DNA of 64,000 nt from Octopus vulgaris (lineage: Eukaryota). Positions 1 to 12,450 of this stretch are shown piece after piece (position 1 is the first letter of the stretch; the number at the start of each line of letters is the position of its first letter). Where the stretch lies: NCBI GenBank assembly GCA_951406725.2, contig OX597815.1, forward strand, positions 73,780,001-73,844,000, given 5' to 3'. A program made the translations under genes and the position numbers. The notes under the pieces are model-generated. The model had not been told where the DNA came from and ran no database searches. It was given only the letters and a program-made list of their open reading frames with translations.

Positions 1-1392
1 ATAATTACAAATGTATCAAGCTGTTGGTTTAGGTAATGAAGGTCATGGAGAGGGTTGTAGCCCAACTAATTAGGGAGAGAGTCAGTTTGGATGAGATACA
101 GTTTGGTTTCGTGCCAGGGAAAAGCACCACTGATGCTATATTTCTCGTAAGATAGCTGCAGGAGAAATACCTAACCAAAGATAAGCCCCTGTACCTGGCT
201 TTCGTTGACATGGAGAAAGCCTTTGACAGGGTCCCCTGATCCCTTATCTGGTGGTCAATGAAGAAACTAGGGATAGACGAATGGTTAGTGAGAGCCGTGC
301 AAGTAAGGTGAGGGTTGGCAACGAGTACACTGAAGAATTCAGGGTAGAGGTAGGGGTCCACCAAGGTTCAGTCCTCAGCCCACTCCTATTTATCATAGTC
401 CTCCAGGTAATAACGAAGGAATTCAAGACAGGATGCCCCTGGGAGCTCCTCTATGCTGATGACCTTGCTCTAATTGCTGAGTCACTATCAGAACTAGAGA
501 AGAAGTTTCAAGTGTGGAAACAAGGATTAGAACCAAAGGCCCTTAGAGTCAACCTAGCTAAAACCAAGGTCCTAATAAGTAGGAAGGCAGGCAAACCACA
601 AATCCCTTCAGGTAGATGGCCCTGCTCGATCTGTAGTAGAGGTGTAGGTAGAAACTCTATAAGATGTACCCAGTGTAAGCTATGGACACATAAGAGGTGC
701 AGAAATATCAAAGGAAGGCTAACTGGGAAGATAGTTTTTGTATGTGGCAGATGCTAGGGAGCAATAAACACTGAAAATGCACAGAGAACAACTTCCATCA
801 CATTCCAGGGAGAAAAACTAGAAGTAGTTGATAGCTTCCGTTACCTAGGTGACCAAGTCAGTAGTGGGGGAGGGTGCACTGAAAGTGTAGCTGCTGGAAT
901 AAGAATAGCTTGGGCAAAGTTCAGAGAGCTCTTACCTCTGCTGGTGACAAAGGGCCTCTTGCTCAGAGTAAAAGGTAGACTGTATGACGCATATGTACGA
1001 ACAGCCATGCTACATGGCAGTGAAATATGGGCTGTGACTGCTGAGGACATGCGTAAGCTCACAAGGAATGAAGCCAGTATGCTCTGTTGGATGTGTAATG
1101 TCAGTGTGCATACTTGACAGAGTGTAAGTACCTTGAGAGAAAAGTTGGACCTAAGAAGCATCAGATGTAGTGTACAAGAGAGATGACTGCGCTGGTATGG
1201 TCATGTGGCGAGAATGGATGAGGATAGCTGTGTGAAAAAGTGCCACATCCTAGCGGTTGAGGGAACCTGTGAAAGAGGTAGACCTGGGATGAAGTGGTGA
1301 AGCATACCTTCGAACATTAGGTCTCACCAAGGAAATGACTAGTGACCGAGACTTGGAAATATGCTGTGCATGAGAAAACCTGGCAAGCCAAA
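1..1392 (+). mobile_element. RTE-clade LINE, 3' part (decayed reverse transcriptase with embedded PHD finger)
   Basis: RT motifs FVDMEKAFDRV, GVHQGSVLSPLLF, LYADDL, NLAKTKVL, VDSFRYLG and RTE C-terminal LRWYGHVARM; in-frame stops and a deletion near 300; runs off window start. Confidence 0.92.
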
Positions 1393-1429
1393 GACCATAA
1401 CCTCGTGGGTTTAAAATTTACAGGAGGGT

Positions 1430-1662
1430 GCGTTTAGGAATTCTCTGTTACATCAAGCTAAAAAATTTGCGCCAGCCTTTAAATCGTCAATGTGTTGCCA
1501 TCCGTCACGAAGAAGTTTTGAATGCCTGTCATGAGAAAGAATCACTTCAAAACTTGGTGTTTAGGAATTTTCTCTTACATCAAGTTCAAAATTTTGCACC
1601 AGTCGTTAAACTGCCAGTATGTTGCTGTCTGTTGTTAAGAAGTTTTGAATGCCAGCCATGGT
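1430..1662. repeat. Degenerate ~128-bp tandem duplication
   Basis: gtttaggaatt...ttacatcaag...aagaagttttgaatgcc occurs at ~1432 and ~1559. Confidence 0.6.
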
Positions 1663-3094
1663 GAGTCTACTATCCTGAGATTCTATCCCTTCAAACTTTG
1701 GTTTACAATATTTTTTAAATTTTTATTCAGCCCTTTTAAATGTTAGTGTTTTGCTGTCCACCTTGAAGCAGACCTTTCCGTTGTCACTGCCTGATATTTA
1801 TGATTGATCTTTCAAAATATTTTCTTTCGTAAGAAAAAGCGAGGGAGAGTCCGAGAGAAAGGAAGAGTAAGAGAGTGGGAAAGTGAGAGAGAAAGGAGAG
1901 AGAAACAAAGAGGGAGAATTATTTATTTATTCATCACACATGATGTACAGGACATATTTCCAATTTTTTTCAACCACTAGAGTTACTTGGAACTTATGAG
2001 AGGAAGGCTTTATATTACTCAGAACATATAAAACAAGGACTAATTCTAAAGACTGAAAACAAACATGGACGTTTAAGACTAACTTATGAAAATGCTTAGG
2101 ACAAGTAGCGGGCTAAAACGCTTTTTTTAAAAAATTTTTTTGTAAATAAAACGTTTTAAAATATTTTCGAGTAGACGACGTAGTGTCGATGTTCTGAATA
2201 ATAAAAATTAAAAATGAAAAGTGCTAAAGTCATATTGGAGAGGAAAAATAATTAGCCACTCTTCCTAAAAAAAGGGAAAAAATAGGTAAATTCTTTTCCC
2301 GACATAATCGTAATCCCGGAAAATTCCATTAAAACGTAAGTATTAAGAAAGTTATGAGGAAATAACGTTGACAGGGGGCCAATCTGGTGTTATATCACAC
2401 ACAGACACACATATATTAGCTTTAGTATCCCCTGCGCTGTTTGGAGAGATAGAGATTTCTTCGGCGTATGGTTAACTCCAAGCTAGCTCTGAGTAGACAA
2501 TAATAAAGGCAAATCAGCGGTGACCATCCTGTCTTTTTGCTATACGCAGAGCACAATGGGGTCGCATCATCCAAAAAATCCTTTTCTACCTTTTTCTAAG
2601 ACTGTAAAGTATGATTTAAAACATTTTAGCCTACTACTTCAGGAAGGTCGAGCGAATATGTAGTCGCACCCATGCTGGCTTGGCATATGGTGTTCATTTT
2701 GTTATAGGTCGTCGTGATACTGTGCTAAACCTAATAGGATTTCAAACTGACATAAAATATTTCTTTCTCAGTTCATACACCGTTAGACAAATTTAACCAT
2801 CCGCGGTGATTGTGGCACGCTCACCTAACGCACGTAAACCCACAGACTGTAAATCGGATTGTTAAATGTAGTTCAGCCCAAGGTATTACTTCCGTAACAT
2901 GCATGGCAAAGCCATAGTTTGAAAGATATTGTACGGCAGCATTATCTTATCTGATATTTAAGACGGTAGGTTGTGATTTAAGAGAGATTCTGCGACTATT
3001 CATAACAGGTCGAAAGACCATGTAGAGGAACTTAATGAAACGTTCTACTTCATTTGAGTGTGTGTAGCGAGCAAGAGAGAGGCGGCGTAAACCA

Positions 3095-3285
3095 AGACGA
3101 GAAACTCTGCACGATCACTCGATTTATTAGAAATAGCAGCTAAAATCTTTCTCAAATCACATCATAGCATTATTTAAAGGCAGGTAATGTGGACATGTAT
3201 ATCCTTAAAGACACAGGATGGTCATGGCTAGAATGCCTTTGATCGTAGATCAGCTCCATAGGGATTAACTTGGAGCTAAAGAACA
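3095..3285 (+). repeat. Interspersed repeat with TAGAAATAGCAGC core (related copies ~2480-2680, ~2870-3030 and ~55265-55450 on the minus strand)
   Basis: Shared blocks tagaaatagcagc, ctcaaatcaca and gatcgtagatc recur in reverse complement at the other sites. Confidence 0.55.
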
Positions 3286-4237
3286 CTAGCTAGCTACCGG
3301 AGGCCATGTAGGGAGAGCCAGAAAGAAAGATTCATAACACGTACTTATATTATTACTGCCAGTTCGAGATTGCGAAAGGCAGACAAAAAAATACTTGAAT
3401 AAAATAATAATAATAATAAAGCTAATCTTTTACTAAATATACATGTATCGATTACTTTACATAATATAAATCACATTTGATATAATTACTTGTTTCAAGC
3501 GACCTCAAAAAAAAAGTGAAACAATTATCAGATTAAAATCCCAATATAGGCGTAAACAGAACACAAAGAGAAAAACAAAAAGCCATTAGCAGATACAAAA
3601 TATAATACCAAGCCTCACCTATTTCGTAGCTTTCTGACCTGTCAGAATTTTTGCGGATTCTTCGTGACGGCTCGAAATACTTCATCTGACCCAATTCTAT
3701 GAGAGACATAAGCTGTTCTCTCCCTTCGAGCGGTGAAACATTAAAAACAATCCTTTTGTAAATTATTACCACTTTTTATTTTTTACCTTATATATAATGT
3801 ACATGTACTACGTCTGCTTTAAGACGAGACTCATACGAACAGTTCTGATCCTGATACTTAGTGGATGATTATAAAATTCAAAAACCAGCAAACACACAGA
3901 CACACAAACTTTTATGTTAGTAAGAATGGAGAATCATTTTTGACGGCCGAAGTTTGTTTATTAGTCGGAGAATGAGAGCCTTTGAAGATACAAGTTCCAA
4001 AAATGAAGTGGAACAGGGATATAGAATTTGTTGTAATCGACTTCAATTACTTATTTTATGTGTTGGTGTTGAACTTAGGAAAGTAGCATACTGCGGAAGA
4101 AGTGTACAGCCAACTTAGATTTTAATACTTACCTAGTAGATATTTTATCGATGCTACTGGAAATTTAACATAGAGAAACGAAACTAGATATTGGCAGCAT
4201 GGCCCTTGAATTAAAAATATGTTGAATGACTATTATC

Positions 4238-4272
<35 letters not shown>

Positions 4273-4294
4273 TAATACGTACAACAGAAAGATT

Positions 4295-4998
4295 TGGTAA
4301 CTTGAGCATACCTTCACATGTGTGCCCGGCCCCGCCTGAATTCTTTACCTTATAACTTCCAGAAAAATGGATATTTTTCAAAGAAACTTTCTGCAAATAC
4401 CCTTCAAATGGTGTAGATTCCAATTGGGTGAAAACTTTCGGAAAATTCACACGAATCAACTTTGTTTCCTCATAACTTTCGAAGAAATAAGCCTTTAATG
4501 AAATTTTCTACAAATACATATCAGAGTGTGTAAATTATGATTATATCATTTCTTTTTTTAATATGAAAAAGAAAATTGGTGAGCACACACATACATACTG
4601 ACACACATCACAATTGTTTCCGATATTTCCAGTTTCATTTTGTAAACATATATGATGTGTGTCAGTATGTATGTGTACGAGTTATTTTACATATCAAATT
4701 CCGATATAATCGCAATCTGCACACTCTGAAATGTATCTATATAAAATTCCATTAAAAAATACCTATTTTTCTGAAAGTTATGAGAAAACAAAGCCAACAT
4801 ATATGAATTTTCCGAAACTCCTCTCTCCACTGATAAAAAAAACAACTTTTTCCACAACAAATTCTGACATAATCGGAATCTACACCATCTGAAGCGTGTC
4901 TGTTGAAAATTTCAATGAAAAATATCCATTTTTCTGGAAGTTATGAAGAAACAAAGTCAGTGGAGCATACATGCGGAGGTATGCCGAAACTTATACCA
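4295..4998. mobile_element. Foldback/MITE-like long inverted repeat
   Basis: ataacttccagaaaaatggatattttt (~4352) pairs with aaaaatatccatttttctggaagttat (~4918); catacatactgacacacatca (~4590) pairs with tgatgtgtgtcagtatgtatg (~4653); the intermediate arms also pair. Confidence 0.75.
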
Positions 4999-5291
4999 CA
5001 CTTCCGTTAAATTGTTTTTGGCACTTTGTCACCAGCAGATAAAGACTCACTGTCCTACCCGTCACCCAGCAGAACATCAAGGGTGTTACAGCTGGGGCGA
5101 GAAAGAGTCACAGTAGAATAGGGACCGCACAGCGTGAAATAAGTGCTTTGTTCAAAGTCACAACGCGACGCTATGCTCGGAAATGATTGTAAGGTCAACG
5201 CTTTAACTACTAACCCACACGCTTTCTCTCTCACACACCTGCACAGCCCTACACACACACACACACACACACACATAAAGAAGAATGAAAT

Positions 5292-5331
<40 letters not shown>

Positions 5332-5333
<2 letters not shown>

Positions 5334-5700
5334 CGCACGAGTGGCTGTGTGGTAAGTAGCTTGTTTACCAACCACATGGTTCCGGGTTCAGTCCCACTGC
5401 ATGGCACCTTGGGCAAGTGCCTTCTACTATAGCCTTGGGCCGACCAAAGCTTTGTGAGTGGATTTGGTAGGTGGAAACTGAATAGGAAAATCTGGCCTTC
5501 AAAAAGAAAAGATCCTGTCTGTATTTGTCCCCCTAGCATTGCTTGACAACCGATGCTGGTGTGTTTATGTCCCTGTTCGGCAAAAGAGACCGGTAGAATA
5601 AGTACTGGGCTTACAAAAGACTAAGTCCTGGGGTCGAGTTGCTCGATTAAGGGCGGTGCTCCAGCATGGCCGCAGTCAAATGACTGAAACAAGTAAAAAA
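5332..5700 (+). mobile_element. tRNA-derived SINE family A
   Basis: Head gtggctgtgtggtaag / ggttcagtccc (Pol III A/B-like boxes), ggcaccttgggcaagtg core, tail ggtgctccagcatggccgcagtcaaatgactgaaac; many copies in the window. Confidence 0.85.
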
Positions 5701-5749
5701 AATGTATACATACATTCATGTGAATGACAGTCCTAGTTACAGTGACTGC

Positions 5750-6780
5750 ATTTGAAGGCACTGTCTGCCACTCTTGTCCTGAAGCTGTTTTTGCTTCGAT
5801 TTTGCGTCTTTTTTTTAATCAGCAGGCCTCAGCTTTCCCTCTCGTCTTTTGACAACCTTTCCTAAATTCCAACAGGTGCGATTACCAGCAATGTTTTCCC
5901 ATTCTTCAACGTTCATGTAACCAACAAGCAGGTCTCTCTTGCAGTCAGCTTTGAAACGAATATGGGGGTGTCATTATGTTCTCTTGCCCAAGGTTACTTT
6001 CCTATACTGTAAGTCCTTCAGGATCTTCCCATCTGACATGCGGTCGGATAGTTGTTTCAGTAGGGTGCATGAACCAGGACGTCGTTATCGGTAACTCGGT
6101 CAGACAATTTGATATCCTGAATACGTTTCAGGTTGCGCCGGTGGAAGGTGTTGAGATGCCGCTGTTGTCTCTCTCAAGTAGATGCTCCATCTCTCATTGC
6201 CGTTTGATAGCGTGTTGAGGACGTAAACTCTGTAGATTGCAAACCTTGGTGTGCACTGATAGTTCACTGTTCTTCTAGACTCACATTGTTTGCCAAGCTA
6301 GTTTCTGAGGCTGCTCTTCCAATACGTCTTCTAGAGCAGGGATTCTCAATTGGGGTCCATTTAAGATTTTGTTGCTAAGATTAATATGCAATAAATTACT
6401 TCTACAATACACAAAATATTTTATTTTTTTAATTACAATTCCTAATAATATTTAATTATAAAAATACAATAAGATTTTTTTCTACACTGAATGGCTATGT
6501 AGGTATATTTGTGTAAAATATGGTTGAAAGCCACTGTTCTAGAAAGAGAGGTTGTCATTGATGGTAGGGCCGAGATGTGTAAACTCATGAACTACCTCTA
6601 GTTTGCAGTTGTTGATGATAATAGTAGAGGAGATGGTCAGCACCTTGGCCCATGACTTTTGCGTGCTTCAGCATAAAAGCAAAGAAGATGCCTAACGGGG
6701 TAGTGGGGGAGGAAGCACAGTCATACTTCACTTTGCTACGGATGTTGAAAGGATTAAGAGGAAGAGACATCTTTCATATC
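5750..6780 (-). mobile_element. Decayed RTE/BovB-like LINE fragment interrupted by a hAT MITE
   Basis: Minus-strand FNIRSKVK...LGIFFAFMLKHA resembles the RTE RT GVKQGCVLAPTLFGIFF region; downstream HLKRIQDIKLSDRVTDNDVL resembles the RTE C-terminus. Confidence 0.65.
6337..6536. mobile_element. hAT (Charlie-like) MITE
   Basis: TIRs cagggattctcaa / ttgaaagccactg; 8-bp TSD ttctagag (6329-6336) / ttctagaa (6537-6544), matching the NTCTAGAN preference of Charlie elements. Confidence 0.85.
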
Positions 6781-7619
6781 TGTATGGAATGACTGAAAAC
6801 AATTCCGAGTAACCTCGGAATGCGCCCAGTCTTCCATACATACGCGCACGCACACACAAATGTACGTACACAGATAATTAAAGAAGAAATAAGTACCACA
6901 TCAACAACAGACATTTCTTAAAGCATTAGGTTTTTATTGCGCTTTGCTGCGAGTCAACTCAACTCGAGCTAACCTTTGACTAAACGTATTCCAGCCGTGA
7001 CTAACCCGGTGTTTTCGGGTATATACATGGTGGGTTTCTGTCGTTCCGTGATGAGGATTCAGTTGCTGATCATTGGATTAGCATGTAAGTGACTGAGTAT
7101 TCCCCTGACACGTTGTATCCGTAACGTAATTCTCAGGTGTTATCAACATGATACAATGTATAAACAAGGTTGTACCTTTTAAATTACTGGCATAATCCAT
7201 CTGACAGGCTTCTATACAGTTTCCAGCTACCCATTTTCACTTACCCAAGGCTATAGAAAATATTATTTTCCCATGATGCTATATAATGGGGTGGAAATCG
7301 AAACCGGGTGACCGCAAAACGAACTTCAGCCATACTGCATGCAAACAACTGAATTCTCATCGTCGAACCAAGGAAACCAACTACATATCCCTGAAAACAC
7401 CAGGTTGGTCACGGCCGGAATGCATTTGCTCGCAGGTTAGCTCGAATGAGTTTGACTTGCAGCAAAACGCAATGAAGACCTAACGTTTTAAGAAATGTCT
7501 ATTATTTAAACTTTTCAATTCTTATATAAGTTGTAGGATATGTGTGGAGGAAGTTTGGCTACTGTTTCTAGTATCAGTAAAGTGATATATACAACTGAAA
7601 AGAAAAATGAAAGAGAAAA

Positions 7620-8030
7620 GATGTAGGAGTGGCTGTGTGGTAAGTAGCTTGCTAACCAACCACATGGTTCCGGGTTCAGTCCCACTGCGTGGCATCTTGG
7701 GCAAGTGTCTTCTGCTATAGCCCCGGGCCGACTAATGCCTTGTGAGTAGATTTGGTAGACGGAAACTGAAAGAAGCCTGTCGTATATATGTATATGTATA
7801 TTAGTGTTAGTGTATATGTTTGTGTGTCTGTGTTTGTCCCCCTAGCATTGCTTGACAACCGATACTGGTGTGTTTACGTCCCCGTCACCTAGCGCTTCGG
7901 CAAAAGCGACCGATAGAATAAGTACTGGGCTTGCAGAGAATGAGTCCCGGGGTCGATTTGGTCGACTGAAGGCGGTGCTCCAGCATGGCCGCAGTCAAAT
8001 GACTGAAACAAGTAAAAGAGTAAAAAAAGA
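7620..8030 (+). mobile_element. SINE family A, full length
   Basis: Same head, core, central (TA/TG) microsatellite and tail as 5332-5700. Confidence 0.85.
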
Positions 8031-8189
8031 GTATATATCTGATCATGACTTCATTGACATCTAAAATAAACAGCGAAAGCGTAACACATACTTCCAGGTC
8101 ATATTGGTTTGCATGTGACAGCTGTGCTTAAAAAAATTTATTTTTTAGTAACATATCGGTGATCTCTCTATCGAGAATACAGACGAAAT

Positions 8190-8410
8190 TAATGCTATTG
8201 TTGACATTAATAAAATACTTCAACCGTGCTTGTTACGAAAACCTCATCACAAAACTGTCCGACTTACTTCTCATAACATGGATTGGAAGTTGTGTTTCAC
8301 ATTGCTCCATCGCAGAATATGTCTGCTGCGCTCTCTCTTTTCCATCAACTCTAATGTGTCACTGGGCTCTATTACAACACGCGTACTCTTCCTTCTTTAT
8401 ATCAACGACT
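8190..8410 (+). mobile_element. CR1/Jockey-like LINE RT fragment
   Basis: SNVSLGSITTRVLFLLYINDL resembles GVPQGSILGPLLFLLYINDL. Confidence 0.55.
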
Positions 8411-8412
8411 TA

Positions 8413-8934
8413 TCGTAAATCTTCGAGTATAATCCGCATTTTTTCCCCAAAATTTGAAGGTCAAAATTCCTAGAGCATACTATATACAATGTTAAAAATG
8501 AAATATATTTTCTAAGCAATGTCCGTGTCTCTATTTGCAGTCCGGCAATGTTTATTCAGACGCATTTTGTGATGTCGAGCGCGAAAATACCTTAAGCTAA
8601 GCCTGAAAGCAATGAAGTCATAAAAGAATCAGCCATAACTTGCAGTAAACGACATTTATTAAAATAAAAGTATTCAGAACACAGAATAACATGTAGCAAA
8701 ATCAATTTGCAAACATATTTACATTCCCATATAACAGTTAAGAACATCACCATTATTGTATTACGCATGTGCGGAAGTGTTTGTTCGACTAGGTGCTGCT
8801 GGCTTAATTGCGCACGACTCAAGTTAGAGAAGGGGTGCGTATTATACACAAGGTTTAGGTTTTTCAGAGGTACAGCCCCCTAAAAATCCCTTGCGTATTA
8901 TACTCAAGGACGGACTATACTCGAGGATTTACAG
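8413..8934. mobile_element. Tc1/mariner-superfamily (Tc2/pogo-like) non-autonomous element
   Basis: TIRs tcgtaaatcttcgagtataatccg / cggactatactcgaggatttacag flanked by TA on both sides. Confidence 0.8.
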
Positions 8935-10483
8935 TACTTTGTATTATTACTTCCAGCCTAAAAGGCGACGTTTAGGTAGAATCGTTAGTGCGTCGGACAA
9001 AAAAACAATTGCTTAACACAATTTCTTTTGGCTTTTTACGTTCTGCGTTCAAATTCTACCGAGGTCAACTTTACTGTTCATCCTTTCGTAGTCGATGTAC
9101 CAGGTGAGCACAAAATTTCCCCCAGATTTCAGGCCTTGTACATATAGTCGAAAGGGTTACTGATGCTGATGATAATCTCTCGTAGTCCGAGAAAGACGGT
9201 CCTGCAGTTTCTTGCTGAACAACCTGCAAAAATGATTTGTTTATAGTGATCAAACGTATATGCTGTACATTAGCTCACTCCCTCCATCAAATCGACGTTT
9301 GCTGAACAGGTTCACGGTGTTAGCGTCGAAGTGATCGCACAGCAACGTGGTACACAAAGTACCATCCAATTCAGGAACTGAAACTACGATCTCGCGATCG
9401 TGAGTGTAACACTCTAACCACTAGGCCATGTGCCTTCAGCATAAAGGATGATTGCTTCCAGCTGAATGCACATCTTTGCAGAGGTTATTGCTCTTCATTC
9501 CTCAATAGCTTTTCGCTCATAAGTGACAACCACATGTCTGATGTCACTTCGGATCAGATATATATTACCTTCAGCGAGACCTGACCCCCACCACATCGCA
9601 GACACATTCCAATGGAAACATGATATTCTAGCCTCCATTATCAGCTTTAAAAAACAATATCTACAGAAATCAAGGCAAATCACAATTCACCTACACTTAC
9701 ACTAAAATCCTTACACATCTGTTCTCGTCTATTTCTGATCCATTCATCACTGATCCACGGTACGCTCATTGGGAACTGTGTTATGCTTATCACAAATTGG
9801 TCCGTGATAACAAGGTTCGGTGATCAAAGATTCTGATTCGTTTAACACTGTGATTATTTTTTGAACCAAACACCCGTGATAAACGAGGATAGATATATAT
9901 GCTAATCTCTCACAATCTCTGATCTCTTGTAAAGTAAATAAGTAAATCCCCATCGGTAAATGCGATGAGGATTCAGTTGTTTAATTAACTGAGTTACTTG
10001 TTCATTGAATTAGCGTAAAAACTGGCTGAGTATTCCACAGACAAGTGCACCATTAGCGTAATCCTCAGACAGAATTAACTGACACAGCGCGTGACAAGGG
10101 TGCACCTTTGAATTACAAGCACTATCCATCTGATGGGCTTCCTCACAGTTTCCATCAATTCATTCACTCATAAAACTCTGGTTGAATCCAAGACTTTTTA
10201 ACCAGTCGGTTATACTGCATCCCCTTCTGGTAATCACACCTATAATCAAAGCTGCAACGGCCAAACTAGTCGTTTTCAACTAATTTTGTTCAAACGCTTC
10301 TTTTTCATCTTATAAAATAAAGTCAAAATATTCTAAAACACAACCCACACCTCAAAAGCCATTCGACTGGTTGGACAACGTTTAATCTCTAACACACGCT
10401 TATGTTGATGCTGTTTATCCTACCCTGGTTTCTCTTATCAGTTACTATGCAGTTCCTGCCCCTTTGAACATATAAGTTGTGTA

Positions 10484-11380
10484 TGAGGTGGTATCAAAAG
10501 GTTCCTAGTCTAGCTATGTTTTATAAAAAATAACTTATTTACCGAAATTTTAACATCATCTTCTTTGAAATAGTCACCTTGCGCAACAATACACCGGTCC
10601 CAGCGTTCCTGCCACTTTTAGAATCCGGCCTGGAAATCGTTTTCCGTAAGCGAGTCGAGGACTTTCTGCGGTTCACTCTGGATCTCAACAACGGCGACCT
10701 TTGAGCTGCATTTTCATCTTGGGGAATAGATGGAAGTCCGTAGGTGCTAAATCTGGCGAATGGGGTCGGTGTAGGAGAGATACCATGTTTTTGGCGAGAA
10801 ACTCATGAGTAAGGAGAGCTTGGTGACAGGGTGCATTGTCGTCGTGAAGAATCCAATTCTTCGCGCTCCACAAATCCGGTCACTTTCGCCGAATGTCCTC
10901 CCTCAAACACTTCAAAAGGTCGCAGTAGAACTCTCGTTTAATGGCCTGGCTCTGGGGGACGAATTCTCGATGCACAATACTACACATTCGGAGGTGATGC
11001 TCGCGGCAGGTCTTCCAGATTGCTCATCATCTTCCAGGGAGGTCCTTCCGCTTTTGAAGCGCCAGTGCCACTCGAAACATTGCGTACGACTCATTGCCTC
11101 GTCGCTGTAAGCATCCTCAATGTCTCTATAGCCGACTTCCCAAGTTTAACGCAAAATTTCATGTTGGCTCTTTGTTCTGGTCCATGACAAAATCGCAGAC
11201 TACAGCATACATGTGATCACAAAAACACAAATTTTACAGTTTGCGAAGTAAACACAGCGAAGTCATTCGGCACACTGCCTCGTGAAGGTCACTGCTCACT
11301 CTAACTGCGCACGCAACCATATTCTGCTATCTGCTGGCAGCGTTACAGAACTAGTCCCGGAACTTTTTGATACCATCTCA
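10484..11380 (-). mobile_element. Internally deleted mariner transposon
   Basis: TIRs tgaggtggtatcaaaag / tttttgataccatctca with TA TSDs; transposase remnants CFEWHWRFKSGRTSLEDDEQSGRP, WILHDDNAP, HSPDLAPTDFHLFPKMK. Confidence 0.92.
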
Positions 11381-11929
11381 TACCTCACAACTTCCCTGCT
11401 GTGCTTTATTTCCAAAACACAGCACCAAATACTTCGCCTAGTCCCTTATCTCTACAATTGTAGTATATGTTTTAATCATTCTCTTCATGTGCCATGTTTA
11501 CAGGTGTCGGCGGTCATGGACCTTCATTTTCGAAATTTTTTTCTTGAGCCCTAGAATTCATAAGGTCGGTCACCCGGTTTCCATAGGTGATCGGGATCAC
11601 AATATTCTCGCTTGTTGCAGGGTGCCAACCGTTTTGAGGGAAGGGGGACAAGTCGATTACATCGACCCCCGAAAGAACGAAAGACAAACTTGACTCTCAG
11701 CGGGATTTGAAATCAGAACTTAAAGAGCCAGAAGGAATGCTGCAAAGCATTTTGTCGAACATGTTAACGATTGAGCCTGCCATCCACTCTAAAGATTTAT
11801 GATTTTTCTTAGCAATAAACAAAGCAGTGGTTTTCTGTTACCGTCTGCTGGTTTATTGACAGCTCACTCTACTCGTCTCCTGCCCTTCCGAGCTTACCCT
11901 TAAGGCATAGAGCCTACTTAACCCTTTGT

Positions 11930-12190
11930 GGAGGTGCATGGCTTAGTAGTTAGGGTGTTGGACTCCTGATCGTAAGATTGTGGCTTCAATTCCTGGACCG
12001 GGTGATTCATTGTGTTCTTGAGCAAAACATTTTATTTTACGTTGCTCCAGACCACTCAGCTGGCATAAATGAGTACTCTTTCGACGGACCAGCGTCCCGT
12101 CCAAGTAGGGAATTTATATGCCATGGAAATCGGGAAACCGGTCCTCATCAGTCAGTATGACTCAAGAAGGTAATTTTACCTTTACTTTTT
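11930..12190 (+). mobile_element. tRNA-derived SINE family D (other copies ~9290-9438, ~28030-28652 and ~44045-44288 on the minus strand)
   Basis: Head ggcttagtagttagggtgtt...ttcaattcc; core tgtgttcttgagcaaaaca...acgttgctccag shared between copies. Confidence 0.75.
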
Positions 12191-12192
12191 AC

Positions 12193-12450
12193 TTAACCCT
12201 TTGACAGAAGCGACTGAAGTATTTGAAAGAATTCCGTTTCTCTGTCAGATGACAACACACGAGCTCTGGTCTTCTTGTAGATCATTGAAATAGCAAGAAC
12301 TAATTCTATTGGAATGCCATATGCTCGAAGGATTTTCAACATTTTGTCACGATGGATACTGTCAAATGGTTTGATGAAATCCATGAAGGTTATAATAGTA
12401 TATAGCGGCTTTGATTTAACTTTTTCTATGATACGCCTCAGGGCTAAGAG
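12193..12450 (-). mobile_element. RTE-like LINE RT fragment
   Basis: MDFIKPFDSIHRDKMLKILRAYGIP resembles the DFSKAFDSIHR RT motif. Confidence 0.75.
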
